Positions 1 to 9,403 are shown, counted from the stretch's first letter. The stretch: 64,000 nucleotides of DNA from Candidatus Dojkabacteria bacterium UBA2022 (GCA_002335495.1 DDBW01000014.1:9831-73830); one strand, 5' to 3'. Numbers and translations: made by a program. Notes: generated by a model from the sequence alone, not told the origin.

Positions 1-1
1 T

Positions 2-313
2 TCTATCCAAATAAACCCTTATTTACTCAAATATCCAATTTCATATTTGGCATCAGGGTTGGTGGGAGTACCTATGATTGGAATAGCAATTAATTCAATG
101 GGAAATAACTCTAATTCGGCTCTCGAATTTCTTTCTCAATTTATGATTGGTACTAGTGGATTCTTAGCAGGCAGTTTTTCCTTACATTTATTAAGTAAAA
201 TAATAAAACCTGTGAAAAATTCAATTAAGCATACAATATACCATGAACTTGCCCATTATATTTCTAACGATTTTAAAGTAAAACGTTTTGGCTTATTTCA
301 GCTTTCTCAATAA
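2..313 (+). CDS. 3' end of a gene that starts upstream of the window; C-terminal fragment with HExxH motif (possible membrane metalloprotease)
   Basis: The frame is open from base 2 to the stop at 311-313. The translated tail contains YHELAHY (HExxH) after a hydrophobic stretch. No start codon can be defined inside the window. Confidence 0.35.
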   Translation, partial: SIQINPYLLKYPISYLASGLVGVPMIGIAINSMGNNSNSALEFLSQFMIGTSGFLAGSFSLHLLSKIIKPVKNSIKHTIYHELAHYISNDFKVKRFGLFQLSQ

Positions 314-449
314 TTATATTTGATTAAAAATTTTCTGGGTAGATTGTGGGAAGAAATAAGAAAGTCTTTAATTACTTATTATTTAGCCGTACATTATCTT
401 TAGTTTACAGATTCACCTTTTATACTTTTTACAATATAATAAAAATATT

Positions 450-1256
450 ATGGATAAATACGTAATATTTTTAATAGTCCTTGTTTCGCTCATAGTACTC
501 ACTTTTTTGTTACTAGAAACACTTGTGTTTTTTATAGTTAACGATTTATCTATCCCTACAATAACTCTCTCAAAAGATATTAAGAGAGTACTAGTAATTT
601 ACCCACATCCTGATGACGAGATATTAATTACAGGAGGTTTTATGAAAAAACACTCAAAAGATAGAGAAATTACTTGGGTGGTACTATCAAAGGGTGAACG
701 AGGGACGCCTAATGCAGTTCTTAATGAGAACCTCAAAGAAATACGGGCAGACGAGGCAAAAAGGGTTTCAGAATTACTAAAAGTTAAAAGTTTTTCACAT
801 TACGATTTTAAGGATAATGAAATGGAAACACAGGAAGAGAAACTAGAGAAGAAAGTACAACAAATCGTTAAAGATTCTAATCCCGATTTAATAATTACTT
901 ACGACACCGCAGGGCTATATGGTCATCCAGATCATATTATTACTTCTGAAATAGTTACAAAGATTGCAGAAGAAAAGAATATAAAACTCTGGTATGCAAC
1001 AAACGCCAAAAGAGTACTTGATATGGCTTCATTACCTGAGCATATGGCAAAAGACCCTAACTTCAAGGATAAAAGAAAGTATCCAAATGTTAAAGTATTT
1101 GTAGGATTAGAGGGAAGTATAGCAAAGAGTAAGGGAATAAGCATATATGAAAGTCAATTGCAGTCATTCGTATCAGCTTATCCAATAAAGTGGATACCAT
1201 TGCCTATATACAACTTACCAATGGTTTACGAATATTTTTATCAAGTTAACGAATAG
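450..1256 (+). CDS. PIG-L/LmbE family N-acetylglucosaminyl deacetylase
   Basis: N-terminal TM helix. Motifs VIYPHPDDEILITGG and GHPDHI are typical of PIG-L (GlcNAc-PI de-N-acetylase/LmbE) zinc deacetylases. Confidence 0.8.
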   Translation: MDKYVIFLIVLVSLIVLTFLLLETLVFFIVNDLSIPTITLSKDIKRVLVIYPHPDDEILITGGFMKKHSKDREITWVVLSKGERGTPNAVLNENLKEIRADEAKRVSELLKVKSFSHYDFKDNEMETQEEKLEKKVQQIVKDSNPDLIITYDTAGLYGHPDHIITSEIVTKIAEEKNIKLWYATNAKRVLDMASLPEHMAKDPNFKDKRKYPNVKVFVGLEGSIAKSKGISIYESQLQSFVSAYPIKWIPLPIYNLPMVYEYFYQVNE

Positions 1257-1553
1257 CTTATTGTATAAACTTGAAAGTATTGCAAAACCCATTATGGGGG
1301 AATGTTAGAATTTTGGGGTCGCAAAACAGGACGTTTTCGACCTTTTGATTAAAAAGATTATACCACTGGCAAAAGAGCTTAAAAAGGTACAAAAAGACTA
1401 CTATGCATTTATGGAGATTGCGGATAAATTACCCAATAGCACAATAGATTACAAACTTTAGATATTAGATCCCAGAATTTCTATGACCTATTAGAGGGTA
1501 TTGCGGAGTGAGTACTACTTGTTGTTTAATAAACTAGACTAGTTTAAGAAACT

Positions 1554-1676
1554 TTATTTCTTCTTTTTGTCACTTCTTGTCTTTCTCCAAGCTCCAGATT
1601 TAGTTCTGGATCTTGGTTGTTTTCCTCCACCTTCATCTTTGACGTGCGGAATCCTACCAGCTCTTCTATCTGCCAT
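1554..1676 (-). CDS. small (40 aa) highly basic protein, unknown function
   Basis: Hand-translated minus-strand ORF MADRRAGRIPHVKDEGGGKQPRSRTKSGAWRKTRSDKKKK. A strong SD (GGAAAGGAGGT) lies 8 nt upstream of the ATG. It is absent from the ORF track because it is under 60 aa. Confidence 0.4.
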   Translation of the reverse strand: MADRRAGRIPHVKDEGGGKQPRSRTKSGAWRKTRSDKKKK

Positions 1677-1761
1677 ATATCTAACCTCCTTTCCAACGAC
1701 TCCTCACTCCGCATTTAATTATATCCAATTGTTACGAGAATATTAAATAACTATAGAGAAC

Positions 1762-1790
1762 TTCCAAATTTCATCTTCGAAAGATATAAT
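1762..1790 (+). promoter_or_regulatory. candidate sigma70-like promoter upstream of the res-ATPase-mod-AlbA_2 operon
   Basis: TTCCAA, then a 17 nt spacer, then TATAAT ending about 28 nt upstream of the res ATG. The -35 match is weak. Confidence 0.3.
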
Positions 1791-1817
1791 AGAGAAATAT
1801 TTACCTAATGCATAAAA

Positions 1818-4466
1818 ATGAAACTTAAGTTTGAAGCTAACCTACAGTACCAGAAAGATGCAATAAACTCAGTAGTGAAGTTATTTGAAGGTGCTCCATA
1901 CATAAGACCCGAAGATAGAATCTCTCAAGAAGTCTCCCCGAACATTTTAAAGATCACACAAGAAAAAATATTTGAGAATTACAACAAAATAGTTACCGAA
2001 AGTCTCATCGATGAAGGTAAACAAGCAAAGAATAGTGACCTATTGGATTTTTCAGTTGAAATGGAAACTGGAACTGGAAAAACTTACATATATTTGAGAA
2101 CTATCCTAGAGCTATATAAAAACTATGGTTTAACAAAATTCTTAATCGTTGTACCAAGTATTGCAGTAAAAGAAGGAGTTATCAAAACTTTAGATATGAC
2201 GAAAGACCATTTCAATGAGTTATTCAACGAAAAGATCCAATACTTCGAATATGACAGTAAGAAATCTACGAGAGTAAGGCATTTCGCCTACAGTAATACA
2301 CTTCAAGTAATGGTGATCAATGTTCAAGCATTTAATGCAGATGACAACATTATCAATCAAGAAAGAGATGTAAATAACGGAGCGAAACTAATTGATTTGA
2401 TCAAAGCCATAAGACCTGTTGTGATAATGGATGAACCTCAAGAAGGAATGGATAGTAAAAATATGGAGAAGAGATTCAATCAGTTAGATCCACTATTTAA
2501 GATTAGATACTCAGCCACACATAAAAAGCCAATAAACCTAGTCTACAGACTCACTCCTTATGAAGCATACAATCAGGGATTAGTTAAAAAGATTGAAGTG
2601 TACTCAATCCACGAAGAGAATACCCAAAGCAATGTTGAGATTGAGTTTAAAGAGATTAAATATACTTCAGCTAAACCAGAAGCAAAGTTACAAGTAAACT
2701 ATAAAGTTGGAACCGATTTCAAAACTAAAGACGGTTATTTCAAAGAATTAGACAACTTGGAAGAGAAAACTAAAAATCCCGCCTACAAAGGATGGATCAT
2801 TGAAAGAATATACAAGGATCTAATGGATAACACTGAGAAAGTGAAATTCAGTAACGGAATTGAATTAACAAGAGGCTCAAAACACGGATGGGATAAAGAA
2901 TCTATCTTTAGGGAACAGATACGCTGGACTATAAAAAGACATTTCCAAAAGAAAGAACAATACAAAGATCTAGGAATTAAAGTCCTATCTCTATTCTTCA
3001 TTGATCGAGTAGCAAACTATGTAAATGCAGAGGGGATTATCAAAAAGCTTTTCATTGAACTATATAAACAAGAATACAAAGATAAGTACGGGAAAGAACC
3101 TGAGAATGTTGATCAAGTACACAATGGATACTTTGCAAAAACCAAATCAGATGAATATACCGACAATGTTAACTCAATGCAGAAAAACAAAGAGATCTAC
3201 AACCTAATTATGAAAGATAAAGAGAGATTATTATCTTTTGAAGAACCATTAGAATTTATATTCTCTCACTCCGCACTAGGTGTTGGTTGGGATAATCCCA
3301 ATGTATTCCAAATATGTACCCTAAATGAATCACATAGTGAGGCTAAAAAGAGACAAGAGATAGGTAGAGGTTTAAGAATATGTGTTGATAAAACAGGTGA
3401 AAGATATAGAGATCCTGATACAGTCACAGAAGGACAAGAAATAAACCTTCTAACCGTAATCCCAAATGAAAGCTATCACGCATTTGTAACACAATATCAA
3501 GATGAAATTATCGAAGAGACTGGAGATACAAGAGCAACTAAAGTACGAAATGCGAAAAAGGGTGCAAACAAAATTGGAATTAACAAAGATATTTTAAACA
3601 GCGATGACTTCCAGAACTTATGGAAGAAGATACAGAAGAAAACAAAATTTATGGTCTCCTTTAGAGAACAAGAGTTGGTAGATAAATGTGTAGATGAACT
3701 TAGTTCAATAGTTGTAAGGGAGCAAATTATTCAGACCCAAGCAATACAAATTAAGAGTCTAAGTGAATCACAAGACATAAACCAGAATATCCTCACAAAA
3801 GGAGAAACTTCAACAAAAGCAAAGAGTTCTGTTGCCAATATTGATCTAATTGATCAACTATCTGAACAAACTTCTTTAAGTATTAAAACTGTAATTGAGA
3901 TACTAAGCAAGATTTCAAATCAAAGTATGCTTACTAAAAATCCAGTTGTATACCTTACAGAAGCAGTTAAAAGAATTAAACGAGTACTAAATACTGAAAT
4001 GGTAAGAGTTATTAGCTATCAACCTACTAATGAGGAATTCCCAATTGAAGATTTCGAGAAGTTCGATCCTCAGACATACAACGATGTAGTACCAGCACGT
4101 AAAGGGGTCTATGACGCCGTAGAATACGATTCAGCAATCGAAAAAGACTTTGTACTAGATATAGACCAAGAAAACAAAGTAAAGGCATTTGTGAAGCTAC
4201 CAAAATGGTACAAAATTGAAACACCTATTGGTACTTACAATCCAGACTTCGCTTTAGTAATGGAGAAAAAAGATCTTGAAAAAGGTGGAGAAACAAAATA
4301 CTACTTTGTAATTGAAACAAAAGGTACAGACGATATTAACGAGCTAAAAGATGAAGAGAAAATGAAGATTCAGTGTGCTATTAAACATTTTGAAGCAATT
4401 GGCTTTGAAAAATATATGGCACCTGTAAAGAATCTAAATAGCTTTAAGAGTAAGGCAAATATTTAA
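1818..4466 (+). CDS. res: Type III restriction enzyme Res subunit (SF2 helicase plus C-terminal PD-(D/E)xK nuclease)
   Basis: Helicase motif I METGTGKTY and DEAD-like VIMDEPQ. Type III Res-like length of 882 aa. C-terminal nuclease signature NPDFALV...YYFVIETKG. Confidence 0.8.
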   Translation: MKLKFEANLQYQKDAINSVVKLFEGAPYIRPEDRISQEVSPNILKITQEKIFENYNKIVTESLIDEGKQAKNSDLLDFSVEMETGTGKTYIYLRTILELYKNYGLTKFLIVVPSIAVKEGVIKTLDMTKDHFNELFNEKIQYFEYDSKKSTRVRHFAYSNTLQVMVINVQAFNADDNIINQERDVNNGAKLIDLIKAIRPVVIMDEPQEGMDSKNMEKRFNQLDPLFKIRYSATHKKPINLVYRLTPYEAYNQGLVKKIEVYSIHEENTQSNVEIEFKEIKYTSAKPEAKLQVNYKVGTDFKTKDGYFKELDNLEEKTKNPAYKGWIIERIYKDLMDNTEKVKFSNGIELTRGSKHGWDKESIFREQIRWTIKRHFQKKEQYKDLGIKVLSLFFIDRVANYVNAEGIIKKLFIELYKQEYKDKYGKEPENVDQVHNGYFAKTKSDEYTDNVNSMQKNKEIYNLIMKDKERLLSFEEPLEFIFSHSALGVGWDNPNVFQICTLNESHSEAKKRQEIGRGLRICVDKTGERYRDPDTVTEGQEINLLTVIPNESYHAFVTQYQDEIIEETGDTRATKVRNAKKGANKIGINKDILNSDDFQNLWKKIQKKTKFMVSFREQELVDKCVDELSSIVVREQIIQTQAIQIKSLSESQDINQNILTKGETSTKAKSSVANIDLIDQLSEQTSLSIKTVIEILSKISNQSMLTKNPVVYLTEAVKRIKRVLNTEMVRVISYQPTNEEFPIEDFEKFDPQTYNDVVPARKGVYDAVEYDSAIEKDFVLDIDQENKVKAFVKLPKWYKIETPIGTYNPDFALVMEKKDLEKGGETKYYFVIETKGTDDINELKDEEKMKIQCAIKHFEAIGFEKYMAPVKNLNSFKSKANI

Positions 4467-4471
4467 AAACT

Positions 4472-5929
4472 ATGTTTATAAAAAAGGCAACAATAAAAAA
4501 TTACAGAATATTTTCCTCAAGTGAGGATTTTATTATTGATAATATAAACGTACCAGATAATTCAAATGTTGGCAGTGGATTAACAATTCTTGTTGGAGAC
4601 AACGGTTGTGGAAAATCATCCATTCTTGAAGGAATATCTTTGCCAGTTCTATCATATAAATCTGAATCCTTTTGTTTAGAAGATCTAAACGACTTAGACT
4701 CTAAATGCGAGATAAAATTGTTTGCTAATTCGAATTTTGAAGTAAAAGGGAGTCTCCCTAATAAATCCAAACCAACTTTTCAAGCACAAGGTTTTGAATT
4801 TATAGGAAATATTAGAACTCGAGACAACAAATCATATTTAACACCATTAATTGTTTCAGATCAAAAGTTTATAAGAGCAGATGGTTTAGATAAGCCAGAA
4901 GATAGCAGTCCAGATTTAAGGGTAAACGTTAACAACCCCTTTAGCGGTAATCGTTTTACTGATAATGATTATCTATATCTAGACAAGAATAGGACATTCC
5001 AAACAAGGAATGGTACTTATAATACAACAAAATTTGACAGATTAATGGACAATTTTAATTTTCAATATCTAAAGTCGGTAGAAGAAGCCGAAAAAACGGA
5101 TATAAACGAATCCGTTAGACAAACAACTATCTCAAAAGTATCTAACACATTTTTGCAAAATTCATTTGAAAAGTTTAAAGAAATCTCTGGATACGACTTA
5201 TCCTTAAATATGATTTCATCTTTAGAGCCATTTAAACATGCAAGCATTGGTGATAACAGAGATAACTTACAACAAATAAAATTGTCTGCGTTAGGTTCTG
5301 GCTATGAGATGATCTTTACCCTTTTGTACAATTTTTATTTGTCACAACAAGCAGGAAAAGATTTAATTATACTTATTGACGAGCCCGAATTGCACCTTCA
5401 TCCAAAACTACAAGAAAAATTAGTAGAGGTTTTACTAGAATTTTCAAAAACTAGTCAAATAATTATTACTTCCCATTCACCAATCCTCGTAAAACAGCTA
5501 TGTGTAAATGACAAAGTCGAAACAAAGATAATCAAACTGGGTAACGGTGTTCCAGAATTGTCGTCAATAAATGAGAAGTTATTACCATACGATTCAGCAA
5601 ACGAAATAAACCACTTAGCTTTTGACTTCCCAACGCCAGAATATCACGATGAACTATATGGGAGATTGCAGGAGTTATTATTGTGCTTTGACGAAGCTAG
5701 CATAGAAACAGCTTTAGTTAGAGATCATAGTATTAGCAAGACAAAAAGATGGCAGCGGGAAAAAAATGGCGCGGTAAGTGGAGCGGAGTATGATATAACA
5801 CTTCAATCTTTTATCAGAAATAAACTTCACCATCCAGAAAATATTACTATGCAGAGTAAAAAGTTTACGACTAATGAGTTAGAGCAATCAATCAATGAGA
5901 TGCGAGTAATAATTAAATCGCTTATTTAA
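4472..5929 (+). CDS. ABC-type (AAA_21/AAA_15-like) ATPase with a distinct C-terminal domain carrying an R-x4-H (RNKLHH) HEPN-like motif; PrrC/RloC-like architecture
   Basis: Walker A GDNGCGKSS; degenerate signature LSALGSGYE; Walker B/H-loop LIILIDEPELHLHP; ITSHSP D-loop-like segment. The C-terminal roughly 130 aa have no Toprim motifs but contain IRNKLHHPEN. A 6-nt gap follows res and an 18-nt gap precedes mod. Confidence 0.6.
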   Translation: MFIKKATIKNYRIFSSSEDFIIDNINVPDNSNVGSGLTILVGDNGCGKSSILEGISLPVLSYKSESFCLEDLNDLDSKCEIKLFANSNFEVKGSLPNKSKPTFQAQGFEFIGNIRTRDNKSYLTPLIVSDQKFIRADGLDKPEDSSPDLRVNVNNPFSGNRFTDNDYLYLDKNRTFQTRNGTYNTTKFDRLMDNFNFQYLKSVEEAEKTDINESVRQTTISKVSNTFLQNSFEKFKEISGYDLSLNMISSLEPFKHASIGDNRDNLQQIKLSALGSGYEMIFTLLYNFYLSQQAGKDLIILIDEPELHLHPKLQEKLVEVLLEFSKTSQIIITSHSPILVKQLCVNDKVETKIIKLGNGVPELSSINEKLLPYDSANEINHLAFDFPTPEYHDELYGRLQELLLCFDEASIETALVRDHSISKTKRWQREKNGAVSGAEYDITLQSFIRNKLHHPENITMQSKKFTTNELEQSINEMRVIIKSLI

Positions 5930-5946
5930 GTTTATGAGTAGTAAGA

Positions 5947-7824
5947 ATGAATAAAACATATAAACAGTCAGAAGACCTATACAAAGAGAAGGTTGAGCAA
6001 TTAAAAGCCATTTATCCTGCACTCTTTAGCGATGAGGGTAATTTAAATGAAGATGAGCTAAGAAACTTTCTAAAGCAGTTCGCTTCTACCTCTGAAGGCA
6101 AATATGAGTTTAACTGGGCAGGGAAAATGACTGCGAAAAGAAATGCTTTTACTACTTCAAGAGCAATGTTAAAACCAGACAAAGATAGAAGTATTGATTT
6201 TGATAAAACAGAAAACTTAATTATCGAAGGAGATAACTTAGAAGTATTAAAACTACTTCAGAAATCGTACCAAGGAAAAATCAAATGCATTTATATTGAT
6301 CCTCCATACAATACAGGAAACGACTTTATCTATACGGATAACTTTTCAGAAGAGAAGAAGGCATACTGGGAAAAGTCAGGTACAACACAAGATGGAGTGA
6401 AGTTAGACACAAATACAGAATCACAAGGGAGATATCATAGCAACTGGTTGAATATGATATATCCAAGATTACTACTTGCTAGAAATCTGTTAAGGGAAGA
6501 TGGTGTGATTTTTATCAGTATTAATGACTTTGAAGTTCATAATCTAAAGAAAGCAATGGATGAAATATTTGGAGAAGAAAACTTTATCGCCCAATTAGTT
6601 TGGGAGAATAAAGAAGGTGGAGGTAGTTCAGATAGCAAACTTTTTAGGATTAAACACGAATATTTGCTTTCATACACAAATAATAAAAATATCGTCAATA
6701 TCAAGGGTGAAATCAAAGGTGAAGACAATAGTTATACATATGAAGACGAATATCTATCTAAACGTGGTAAATACAAACTAATAAAGCTTAATAGCTTCAG
6801 CGTACAGTACTCTCCGTCACTTGACTACGAAATATTACTCCCAAACGGGGAAAAGGTTATGCCTAGTGAAAATGGGAAAAGAGGATGTTGGCGTTGGTCT
6901 AAAGAAAAGCTAGATTGGGGAATAAGAAATGGTTTTATTGAATTTAAAGAAAATTCAGAAGGTAAGTTATGGGTCTATACAAAGCAGTATTCTAAGGTTG
7001 ATAACGAAGACAAACCAATAATTCGAGAGTTACCCTTTAGAGGAGTAATCAGTAAATATTCCAGTACCAAGGCAACAAAACAACTCGAACAATTAATGGG
7101 GTTAAAATTATTTGATTATTCGAAGCCTTTCGAGCTAATAAAGTTTATATGTACAATATCCTCAGACAAAGACTCAATCGTTTTGGACTTTTTTGCAGGT
7201 TCAGGCACTACGGCACAAGCTGTAATGGAATTAAATAAAGAAGATCGTGGTAACAGGAAATTTATACTTGTACAAATACCAGAAAAAACAGATGAAAACA
7301 GTGAAGCTTACAAAGCAGGATATAAAAAAATATCAGATATATGTATCGAAAGAGTAAAACGAGTATCTAAGAAATTATCAGAAGAAAAAGCTACAGGAGA
7401 TCTAGGGTTTAAAGTCTTTACATTATCTCCAAGTTATTTCCCTGAAAACCTCTTTACACCAGATCCAGAGAAGACAGAAGAAGAAAATAAAAAAGCATTG
7501 GCAAAATACATAGAAGAAGCATCCACACAATTGGAATTCAAATTTGACGAGTTTGATTTAATGTATGAGGTATTACTTAAAGACGGATTTACACTAAACT
7601 TTAAAGCTGGGAAGTTATCTGAATTTCCTAAGAACAATATCTATAAAGTTACGGACGGTGAAAAACACGCTCTAGTGACCCTTGATCCCGATTTAAAGGA
7701 CGAAACCCTACAAAAGCTACAAAGTTACACTGAAGAAAGATTCATTTGTTTAGAGAGGGCTGTAGACACTACGAAGAAGTGGAACTTACAGAATATGTTT
7801 GGGAGTAATCTTTGGGTAATTTAA
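5947..7824 (+). CDS. mod: Type III restriction-modification Mod subunit (beta-class N6-adenine DNA methyltransferase)
   Basis: Motif IV DPPYNTG precedes motif I FFAGSGTT, with a target-recognition region between them. At 625 aa it is adjacent to res. Confidence 0.85.
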   Translation: MNKTYKQSEDLYKEKVEQLKAIYPALFSDEGNLNEDELRNFLKQFASTSEGKYEFNWAGKMTAKRNAFTTSRAMLKPDKDRSIDFDKTENLIIEGDNLEVLKLLQKSYQGKIKCIYIDPPYNTGNDFIYTDNFSEEKKAYWEKSGTTQDGVKLDTNTESQGRYHSNWLNMIYPRLLLARNLLREDGVIFISINDFEVHNLKKAMDEIFGEENFIAQLVWENKEGGGSSDSKLFRIKHEYLLSYTNNKNIVNIKGEIKGEDNSYTYEDEYLSKRGKYKLIKLNSFSVQYSPSLDYEILLPNGEKVMPSENGKRGCWRWSKEKLDWGIRNGFIEFKENSEGKLWVYTKQYSKVDNEDKPIIRELPFRGVISKYSSTKATKQLEQLMGLKLFDYSKPFELIKFICTISSDKDSIVLDFFAGSGTTAQAVMELNKEDRGNRKFILVQIPEKTDENSEAYKAGYKKISDICIERVKRVSKKLSEEKATGDLGFKVFTLSPSYFPENLFTPDPEKTEEENKKALAKYIEEASTQLEFKFDEFDLMYEVLLKDGFTLNFKAGKLSEFPKNNIYKVTDGEKHALVTLDPDLKDETLQKLQSYTEERFICLERAVDTTKKWNLQNMFGSNLWVI

Positions 7825-7828
7825 TAGT

Positions 7829-9085
7829 ATGGAAATATTAAGAAGAGATATTAAAAATATATCTTTTGACGAAATAGTTGAATTTTGTAAACTAGGGTAT
7901 CCTGAGGGATCCCAATTAGACTATAAGAAGAAATTTAGTGAAAACTTCTGGAGTAATGAACTTCAAAAAGATGTTGCATCCTTTGCAAATATGCAGGGAG
8001 GGATAATAATAGTTGGAGTAAAAGAGGATAAAACAACGGGAAAACCAAAAGAATGGGAGGGGATAGAAATTAATGCAGAAGAAATTGATAGGATCGACAG
8101 AATAGTGGCAAATATGACCCCATTGCCACACGCGGAATCTCACTTAATTCCTAACGAAGAGAATACTAAATGTTTTTTAGTAATACGTATTCTTGAGGGT
8201 TCGAATAAGCCTTATTATGCTAATAATGATCCTATTGAATGGATAAGAACGGGAAAAGTAAAAACACCGATTGAACCTGCTTCGCCTCAATACAAAAAAT
8301 ATCTATTTGACGATAAGAATAAAGCTTCAGAACAAAGGAAATTTCTACTTGAATATGCAAACAAGATATTTAAAGGGCATACTTTTAATAGATTTGAAGA
8401 AATGCTTTTAAATGGGGAACTGGATCACTCAGTCATAGGCAGTGTACATCCAGATTTTGATAAAACCAAAGCGAGACTACAAATAGCAATCCTCCCTTAC
8501 AATCCAAATAAGACATTGATAACACCAAGCTCATTAAAAGATAAAATATACAATATTCGGATCTCAGAAGGGATTACAGATTTCCCAATAGTAAATTGGG
8601 CTTTCCAGACAACACCGAAAGGAATATCAACGTTTGTACATCTAGACAACGATCAAACAATTAATATGCAAATTTTTGGAGAAGGTTTAATATTTTTTTC
8701 GTATGACATATGTCAAGAAAAAGAGACTGAAAAGAATATCTGGCAAGGTTTTAGTCTTCCGGTAATATTGAAATACACTCATTTATCACTTAAATTGGCT
8801 GAAAGTTTGTACAGAAATCTAGGATATCAAGGAGAATTGTTAAGCAAAATAGAGATAGCGAATGTTATTGGACTTAATGCTTGTAGTGATTTACATAGCT
8901 CTCAATACAAGAAAGCCCTTCTCTATAGCTATAATTGGGATATATTGTTTAATACATACTCAATATCAAATGAAGATGAGTACTGGAAAACGTTTGCCGA
9001 ATTTGGTAAATCCGTTTATGAAAGCTTTGATTTTAGCTGGGTCACTCCGGATAAAATAAAAGAATATACTATGTCTAGTTGTTAG
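7829..9085 (+). CDS. AlbA_2 (Schlafen-core-like putative DNA/RNA-binding) domain protein with an uncharacterised C-terminal domain
   Basis: N-terminal roughly 130 aa match the AlbA_2 pattern (ISFDEIVEFCKLGYPEGSQLDYKKKF...ASFANMQGGIIIVGVKED...EEIDRIDRIV). It starts 5 nt after the mod stop, so it sits in the same operon. Confidence 0.65.
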   Translation: MEILRRDIKNISFDEIVEFCKLGYPEGSQLDYKKKFSENFWSNELQKDVASFANMQGGIIIVGVKEDKTTGKPKEWEGIEINAEEIDRIDRIVANMTPLPHAESHLIPNEENTKCFLVIRILEGSNKPYYANNDPIEWIRTGKVKTPIEPASPQYKKYLFDDKNKASEQRKFLLEYANKIFKGHTFNRFEEMLLNGELDHSVIGSVHPDFDKTKARLQIAILPYNPNKTLITPSSLKDKIYNIRISEGITDFPIVNWAFQTTPKGISTFVHLDNDQTINMQIFGEGLIFFSYDICQEKETEKNIWQGFSLPVILKYTHLSLKLAESLYRNLGYQGELLSKIEIANVIGLNACSDLHSSQYKKALLYSYNWDILFNTYSISNEDEYWKTFAEFGKSVYESFDFSWVTPDKIKEYTMSSC

Positions 9086-9121
9086 GCTTTATATTCTATT
9101 AAATAGTAATATAATTTAGCT

Positions 9122-9403
9122 ATGCATAAGACGGAGGAATCAGTAACAAAACAACAAAAGCCAAAACTTTCTGAAATAGCTAAAAAGAAGATGGAAGAAA
9201 TCTTCATAAAACAGAAAAAAGATCCCAAAGAGGATCCTGCTAAAATATATCTTCAGCTATTAAACCAGTACGAACCTCCTGTTGACGAAGACGATGAAGA
9301 TGACGAGAATACTGATAACTCATTAGAAGACTATACTTTCTTTAATAACGACGGAACTAAGTTCAAAGAGCTACCTAAAAATGAGAGGGTTAAGACAAAA
9401 TAA
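9122..9403 (+). CDS. small hypothetical protein with a strongly acidic C-terminal segment (DEDDEDDEN)
   Basis: ORF with a Lys-rich N-terminus and an Asp/Glu run. No recognisable motif. Confidence 0.35.
   Translation: MHKTEESVTKQQKPKLSEIAKKKMEEIFIKQKKDPKEDPAKIYLQLLNQYEPPVDEDDEDDENTDNSLEDYTFFNNDGTKFKELPKNERVKTK

Noticed and set aside
5947-7824. Phase-variable simple-sequence repeat in the Type III mod gene
   Set aside because: Only A6-A8 homopolymers were found, which are ordinary for this AT-rich sequence. There are no long poly-G/C or tetranucleotide tracts of the kind that drive Type III mod phase variation in Haemophilus or Helicobacter.
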